Origin: Podarcis bocagei
Taxonomy: Eukaryota
Length of the DNA: 64,000 nt
Assembly (NCBI GenBank): GCA_964188305.1
Contig: OZ076898.1
Strand: one strand, 5' to 3'
The notes under the pieces are model-generated. The model was given only the letters and a program-made list of their open reading frames with translations, searched no databases and was not told where the DNA came from. Positions 57,030 through 64,000 of this stretch are shown in pieces (position 1 is the first letter of the stretch; each line of letters opens with the position of its first letter). Made by a program: the position numbers and the translations under genes.

Positions 57030-57165
57030 GAGATAGCCAATGTTGTGCCTTTTGGAAATTTTGGACTACAACTACCATTAGCTCTAGTCAACATGGCCTG
57101 TGGTCAGGAATGATGGGAGTTGTGGTCCAAAAAATGTCTGGGGTGGCACTATCATGGCTTCCCTG
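57030..57165. mobile_element. Short palindromic MITE-like repeat
   Basis: TTTTGGACTACAACTACCATTA...TGATGGGAGTTGTGGTCCAAAA forms an internal inverted repeat. Confidence 0.55.
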
Positions 57166-58228
57166 AGATAAGATGTGGGAGCTAAACTGCCAAAGCCCAG
57201 CTATGCCAGGAACATTCTGATGTGGCCAGAAATCTTTTTGATGTGAACCCCTTTCATTTTACTGGATGTTACTTAAATGGATGTTCTCTTAAATGAAATG
57301 CAAATCTCTTGTCCTTCTTGGCCAGCAGTATCAATTGTCCTAGTTGCTGCCCATTGGTGGCCAGGAAGAGAACAGTCTAGCTATCACTCAGCATGATACT
57401 GATCAAGTCCCTTAAGGCAACTCACTGAGCATAAAGAGCTGTTTTGAAGGATTTGATATTTAGCCAGGTTTCTTGAGGGGTCTGATTATTTCCAAGTGAA
57501 ACAGCAATAAAATATTGGACTCCCAAATTCCTATCCTTTGCTAAAGATGGAAAGACCCTGACCACCTTCAGCATCAACCCTATGTTCATTTATGAATCCG
57601 CCCAGCTTTCAACTATCAATGTCTTTTACAACAAGCCTGGCATAATAAACTTTATCTACTTGCCTCATGTAAACCATGGGAAATGAGTTTTATAAAAGTT
57701 TGTGGCTTGCACCCTAAACAATCATACCTCTTTCCCCAATAAAAGAAGCATAACATTTACAGTTAGAATGTAGCTACAGTTAGCAGTTAAGATGCTTTCT
57801 GCAGTCAATAGACAACTAAAATTTCCAAGCTTTCTGATATTACTCCATTTTATTTCTGAAGCTTTTAATTCCATTTGGTTTCATGTTTTCAACATTATTT
57901 TATGATATGTATTATGTTTCCTAGTCTATTTTTACATCACTCTGACTTTTTTTTAAAATTGTACAGCAGTTTATGCAGTATAAAGTAAACATAAAATAAA
58001 TAAATCTGGTATATCTATAAGCACCAGATTATTTATTTATTAATTTGACCAGTATGGGACAAAATAAGAATTTCCCATAAACAATGAAAACATACCAATA
58101 TTGGAGCTTGTTTCACTTCTAGAGGAAGAGAAATCCAGTTGTTTGCTCATGGCAGTAAGCCTCTTAATTCTTAACTTCAAAGTTGTTGCAGTTAAAAAAC
58201 CTTCACACAAAAAAGGGCTCATCCACAC

Positions 58229-58229
<1 letters not shown>

Positions 58230-58309
<80 letters not shown>

Positions 58310-58310
58310 T
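58230..58310. repeat. (AAT)n(ATT)n palindromic microsatellite at an L2 tail
   Basis: Direct reading. Confidence 0.95.
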
Positions 58311-58663
58311 ATTTATTTATACCCCGCCCATCTGGCTGGGTTTCCCCAGCCACTCTGGGCTGCTTCCAAAAGAATATTAAAATACTATAATACATCAAAC
58401 ATTAAAAGCTTCCCTAAACAGGGCTGCCTTCAGATGTCTTCTAAAAGTCTGGTAGTTGTTGTTCTCTTTGACATCTGGTGGGAGGGCGTTCCACAGGGAG
58501 GGCGCCACTACCGAGAAGGCCCTCTGCCTGCTTCCCTGTAACTTGGCTTCTCGCAGTGAGAGAACCGCCAGAAGGCCCTCGGTGCTGGACCTCAGTGTCC
58601 GGGTAGAACGATGGAGGTGGAGACGCACCTTCAGGTATACTGGACCGAAGCCGTTTAGGGCTT
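58266..58663 (-). mobile_element. 5'-truncated L2 LINE
   Basis: KALNGFGPVYLK...RAFSVVAPSLWNALPPDV...TFRRHLKAALFREAF, then 3' UTR ending GATGGGCGGGGTATAAATAAAT and an (AAT)n tail. Confidence 0.85.
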
Positions 58664-59256
58664 TTACCTTTGCTCCACATTTGTAAGCACAAGCCTGGGT
58701 TTTCCAGTTCCAAAACTTTCCCCGCGAAAACCCACTCTTTGACACTGAATCAGAGCAAACGACATTCCATGGAAATCCTAAATTGCTGTTTGTTCAGATA
58801 CAGTATGAAAGGGCAAGTTTTCCTGGGGAAAGCAGTGGGGCAAAAAAAAAAGGGGGGGGAGCTTGCACACAGACTCAGACACATAGAACTGTGCCAAGAA
58901 AATGTGTGGTGAAAGGAAAGTGTGGATGAACCAAAATATAGCTTTAAATGACAAGAACTTTGAAGCTTTCAACATCTGTGCTTTGATTTCTTTATGAAAA
59001 GAACTGGGCCCATTCAACAGCAATGGGTTGAGATTGCTATTTAGTGACGGAGCACAAACTGGTATTTTCAGCAAAGCATGAGAAAGATTCTCGTCTAAAT
59101 CCCTGGAGCACTGGTGCTAATCATTGCAGATGAGCTAGACAGAACCATGGTTTGAACTGTTATCGGATTTTAATTTTTCAACCCAATGCTTTCATGGGTT
59201 AAAATGCTTTCATTTGTATCCATTTTAATCCAATTGTAACATTCAAAGCTACTGAG

Positions 59257-60173
59257 TCATAGAATCATAGAATCATAGAGTTAGAAGAGACCACAAGGGC
59301 CATCGAGTCCAACCCCCTGCCAAACAGGAAACACCATCAGAGCACTCCTGACATATGGTTGTCAAGCCTCTGCTTAAAGACCTCCAAAGAAGGAGACTTC
59401 ACCACACTCCTTGGCAGCAAATTCCACTGTCGAACAGCTCTTACTGTCAGGAAGTTCTTCCTAATGTTTAGGTGGAATCTTCTTTCTTGTAGTTTGGATC
59501 CATTGCTCCGTGTCCGCTTCTCTGGAGCAGCAGAAAACAACCTTTCTCCCTCCTCTATGTGACATCCTTTTATATATTTGAACATGGCTATCATATCACC
59601 CCTTAACCTCCTCTTCTCCAGGCTAAACATGCCCAGCTCCCTTAGCCGTTCCTCATAAGGCATCGTTTCAAGGCCTTTGACCATTTTGGTTGTCCTCCTC
59701 TGGACACGTTCCAGTTTGTCAGTGTCCTTCTTGAATTGTGGTGCCCAGAACTGGACACAGTACTCCAGGTGAGGTCTGACCAGAGCAGAATACAGTGGCA
59801 CTATTACTTCCCTTGATCTAGATGCTATACTCCTATTGATGCAGCCCAGAATTGCATTGGCTTTTTTAGCTGCCGCGTCACACTGTTGGCTTATGTCAAG
59901 TTTGTGGTCAACCAAGACTCCTAGATCCTTTTCACATGTACTGCTCTCAAGCCAGGTGTCACCCATCTTGTATTTGTGCCTCTCATTTTTTTTTGCCCAA
60001 GTGCAATACTTTACATTTCTCCCTGTTAAAATTCATCTTGTTTGTTTTTGCCCAGTTCTCTAATTTGTCAAGGTCGTTTTGAAGTGTGATCCTGTCCTCT
60101 GGGGTGTTAGCCACGCCTCCCAGTTTGGTGTCATTTGCAAATTTGATCAGGATGCCCTTGAGTCCATCATCCA
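59257..60173 (-). mobile_element. 5'-truncated CR1 LINE
   Basis: [32 protein letters not shown] and LEKRRLRGD; (ATTCTATG)n tail; 1-nt frameshift in the poly-T near 59990. Confidence 0.93.
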
Positions 60174-60729
60174 CTTCAGTCTTCCATCATCCACTTGAGT
60201 CTTCCACTTCCTTCTTCTCAACCACAACATGTGAGTACTGATAAACCGTTCCAGAGGTTATAAACACTTAGTGGCTTCATTGTTAGCATAGTAGCTGATA
60301 TTTTGCTGCAGAGTGAAAAATTTGTGGCCTTCCACATAATTTCATATAATGGGGATGAGCACGGGAGTGGATGAGAGCTGCTGTCAACAATATCCAGAGT
60401 AGAGTAGGTTGCACACACTTCTATGGTCTTTTGCTGTATGATATCATACAACTTATGCTCTCTCTTAAAGTTCGTTGGGTTTTTTTCTTTTCTTTTTTTT
60501 TTGGGGGGGGGGTAGCTCAAATAATAACTTACATTCCATAATATTATGTCACCTGTTTTACTCAAAATTCTTAAATTATGCTTGATATTTCTAAGGGCAA
60601 TAAAAATGACAATTGAACTTCAATATGCACACTATGATTCTGTAATCATGAACAAATGCTTCCCCTTTGCAGAATCTCCATCTTAAACAAGCTTACTGTT
60701 CACTCCACAGAATATCAGAAAGAAATTAA

Positions 60730-61665
60730 ATGAACAACCAAACTACTGCAACAGAGTTCCTTCTTATGGCATTTTCTGATGATCGTGATGTGCAGGTTTT
60801 GCATTCTGTGGTGTTTCTCTTCATTTACTTAACAGCCTTAGTGGGGAATTTTCTCATCGTGACTACTGTGGCCTTAGACCACCACCTACACAGCCCCATG
60901 TATTTCTTTTTGACAAGCTTGTCATTTTTAGATGTTTGCTATATCTCTACTACTGTACCCAAATCCATAGCCATTTCACTGACAAACAACAAACTGATTT
61001 CTTTCGCTGGATGCGTCACACAGGTCTTCTTAGTGATCACATTTGCTGGAACTGAGATTGCCTTGCTCACAGTCATGGCTTACGACCGTTACATAGCAAT
61101 CTGCTACCCACTTCAATATAGTCTAATCATGAACTGGGAGGCCTGCATCCAAATGGCAGCTGCTTCCTGGCTGAGCAGCATGGTTAATGCATTATTGGAA
61201 ACCACGGTCACGTTTAGATTAAGCTTCTGCCACTCCAATATTATTGGGCAGTTTTTCTGTGATTTGCCTCAGTTACAAAAGATTTCTTGCAGTGATACTA
61301 AAGTTAGTGAAGTTTTGCCATTTGTCATTGGGCTCATTGTGGCCTCCTTTTGTATTGTGTTCATCTTTGTTTCTTATGGCTTCATCTTCTCAGTTGTGCT
61401 GAGGATTCCATCAGCTCAAGGCAGGTATAAAGCTTTCTCTACCTGCACTCCCCACCTGACAGTCTTTTCTTTATTTATAATAACAGCTGTGTTTTCGACC
61501 TTGAGACCTAAATCACTTTCCTCCCCTGCTGTGGACTTGGTTTCTGCTGTATTGTATACAGTGTTGCCACCGGTTCTGAATCCCATCATTTACAGCTTCA
61601 GAAACAAGGACATACAGAACGCAGTGTGGCTAATACCTAAAAAAATTAAAAGTCTCATTGCATAA
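60730..61665 (+). CDS. Olfactory receptor, family 14-like, 311 aa
   Basis: Motifs LHSPMYFFL, MAYDRYIAICYPLQY, KAFSTCTPHL and PPVLNPIIYSFRN; acceptor CCACAG ending at 60710. Confidence 0.95.
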   Translation: MNNQTTATEFLLMAFSDDRDVQVLHSVVFLFIYLTALVGNFLIVTTVALDHHLHSPMYFFLTSLSFLDVCYISTTVPKSIAISLTNNKLISFAGCVTQVFLVITFAGTEIALLTVMAYDRYIAICYPLQYSLIMNWEACIQMAAASWLSSMVNALLETTVTFRLSFCHSNIIGQFFCDLPQLQKISCSDTKVSEVLPFVIGLIVASFCIVFIFVSYGFIFSVVLRIPSAQGRYKAFSTCTPHLTVFSLFIITAVFSTLRPKSLSSPAVDLVSAVLYTVLPPVLNPIIYSFRNKDIQNAVWLIPKKIKSLIA

Positions 61666-62014
61666 CTGAACACAGGCACATTTTTGTAAAAAATACATCT
61701 GGAAAGGCCAAATGAAAAACTGAGTTTGTACTTTAAGGGGAACATCCTAAGCATAAGAAAGTGAAATAAAGCAAACCCAACATATGCTAAGTCAGCATAA
61801 AGTACATTAGATCCAAATGCTGTCCAGGAGCACATCTAATGCTGATTTAGATGACATGAGCCTAGCAGAGGGAAAATAGGCCATTAAAATAGTGTTTGAG
61901 TCACAGCATCATTTTTGCTGGCTTAGATTATGTTGGGCTGTCAGGTCATGTGACTGAGCTGACCATACTTACATTCCAACCAAAGTCCTTTATCTCTAGT
62001 CTGTAACCCCCATC

Positions 62015-62016
<2 letters not shown>

Positions 62017-62068
<52 letters not shown>

Positions 62069-62112
62069 TATTATTTATACACTGCCCATCTGGCTGGGTT
62101 TCCCCAGCCACT
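62017..62112 (-). mobile_element. L2 extreme 3' end with (AAT)n tract
   Basis: GCCCATCTGGCTGGGTTTCCCCAGCCACTC is identical to 58326-58355. Confidence 0.8.
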
Positions 62113-63148
62113 CGTTTTGGGTACTTACACCAGCTTAAGATACACAGGGCTTGGCTCAGGCTGTTAGGTTTAGCCTGATGTAATAACATAGATGCACAAA
62201 GAGCCTCCTGGCTCATCTGGAGATCTGTGGGATCCTAACCTGACTCATGCAGGTGGATGTTGCTATAAGAGTGCTACCTAAAAGGATGCAAACCAGAACT
62301 CCTTCTGGACCATACAGTATATAGTTAACCTATGGAATGAATGTACACTAAATATGGTGAAGGAAACAACTTACATTTCTTTAAAAAGTCTTAAAGGCAG
62401 TATGCCACTGTATTGGAGAAGGCAGTAGGTATTTCTATAATCCTAGCTCAAGTAGCAGAAATTCAGTTTGGATACATTTGTGGGCTTTCCCCCTCTGTTT
62501 TTCCCCCAGTCTGCAGGGATACTATGATATGCATCCTTGGTATATGTTGACCTTTCTTTAACTCAATCAACATGGCAGAAGGAAACAGAAGTCATTTATA
62601 AGCATTGGCTATTTGAATATCCAAATTATTGCAAATGATATTAATCGTTTAATGAAGAATAATGCAGCTGACATTGCAGGTGTTCATAGAAATCTCCTGA
62701 ATAACATTGAGAATATTTCCTGTACTGTGTTGACTTTGTCCTTCTCATTCATACCACTGTGTTAAATTTGTACTTTTCTGGTTCCCTGATTTTTGTTTTT
62801 TTTTCTTTCACTTATGAGAAGGCACAGCATTTTTTCTTATGAATTGTTTGTATTAAATATTGCAAATATTAAATATTCATTGGCAATGTAACCACCAGGT
62901 TTCATCAATAAATAGGCTGAATGATAACATATTTATTATTTGCAGTTTATTTAACAAGTCCCTTCTATTTTATTTTTTTGTTTGAATAGCCAGGGTCTTT
63001 TTTTTCTGTGTTGATTTGCTTTAGCAAACCTGGGTTTGTCACTCAGTGAACACTTGACATGGAGCTTGAGGCAATCTCAGCTGTGAAAAGTCTACCAACT
63101 ATTACACCAAAGAATGATTCAACATAAGGTATCATGATGACCACCATC

Positions 63149-63252
63149 TTGTTGTCGTTTAGTCATTTAGTTGTGTCTGACTCTCGTGACCCCACAGACC
63201 AGAGCACGCCAGGCACTCCTGTCTTGCCTCCCGCAGTTTGGTCAAATTCATG
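63149..63252 (-). mobile_element. Bov-B 3' end fragment
   Basis: Reverse complement resembles 19301-19402. Confidence 0.8.
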
Positions 63253-64000
63253 AGCTTCGAGAACACTATTCAGTATGGACTAAGGCTTGTATTGAGACCT
63301 ATCACTTGTCCACACTTCCACCTGTCCCGTGCCTAGCAAGCATGAGTTCAAGTGGTTTTCCACTTGTCCTTTGCTTTCTAAGCATGGGCCTGTGCAGTTT
63401 TCTGTTTGCCTTGCCACTTTCCATGTGAAAACCTGCTCCTTGACACTAAAACAGATAAAATGTCAATCTATGGAACACCCAAATAATGTTTGCTCTGATT
63501 CCGCAGTAAAGCTCAGGTTTTCCCAGGGAAAAGCAGTGGGACAAGTGAAAGACTGGGGGGGGGGAGAGGCATACATTAATAATTCTCATATAATTGAAAG
63601 GGTAGCAGTGGGAAGCAGTGGGAAGCAGTGGGAGAGCTTTCTAGCAGTGGTGTCACTCAGACCCCATCCTTTGCAGAGTTTGTGACAGGAATGAGGCAGC
63701 TCCTAGTGAAACTCCACAGCCTGCTGCAGAACAGAGAGAGTTAGATCTGCAGCAGGCTGAACAGTGCCCAGTGCAACTCCCACAGGCATTGGAATGCCGA
63801 TTGCCAAGGGAACAACGGCGCAAACAGTCAAGGAGATAGTTTGTCGGAACAGGAAGAGGTTGGAGCTAAGACAATTAGTCCAAAAAGCTGGTGAATGGGA
63901 GGGTTGTTAGACAGGAAGCAAAACAAGAGACGTGAGAGTCATAAGTTCAATATCTTCTGTAGATCTCGGAAGGACTCTTTAGAAGGGTCATCTTGAGTAA

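Overview
This is vertebrate genomic DNA, almost certainly from a squamate and probably a lacertid lizard, judging by the Sauria SINE, Bov-B, L2, CR1 and L1 repeats. The window is an olfactory-receptor (OR) gene cluster. It holds three tandem OR6-like paralogs (+), one OR4D-like gene (-), five intact OR14-like genes (+), one OR14 pseudogene with a single nonsense codon and several decayed OR14 fragments. The cluster grew by tandem duplication. Paralog comparison exposes putative non-coding first exons, splice sites and homeodomain/O-E promoter motifs. The most notable intergenic features are: (i) a perfect 148-bp fold-back element inserted in a (TA)n tract, with a minimal Penelope-type hammerhead ribozyme on each strand; (ii) a relic tyrosine-recombinase (Ngaro/DIRS-type) retroelement whose SGNH-hydrolase ORF follows a strong splice acceptor, interrupted by an L1 carrying a 3' transduction and by a solo LTR; and (iii) a TA-flanked MITE containing a tandem array of ~109-bp GC-rich hairpins. 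All calls are by eye from the sequence and no database searches were run.
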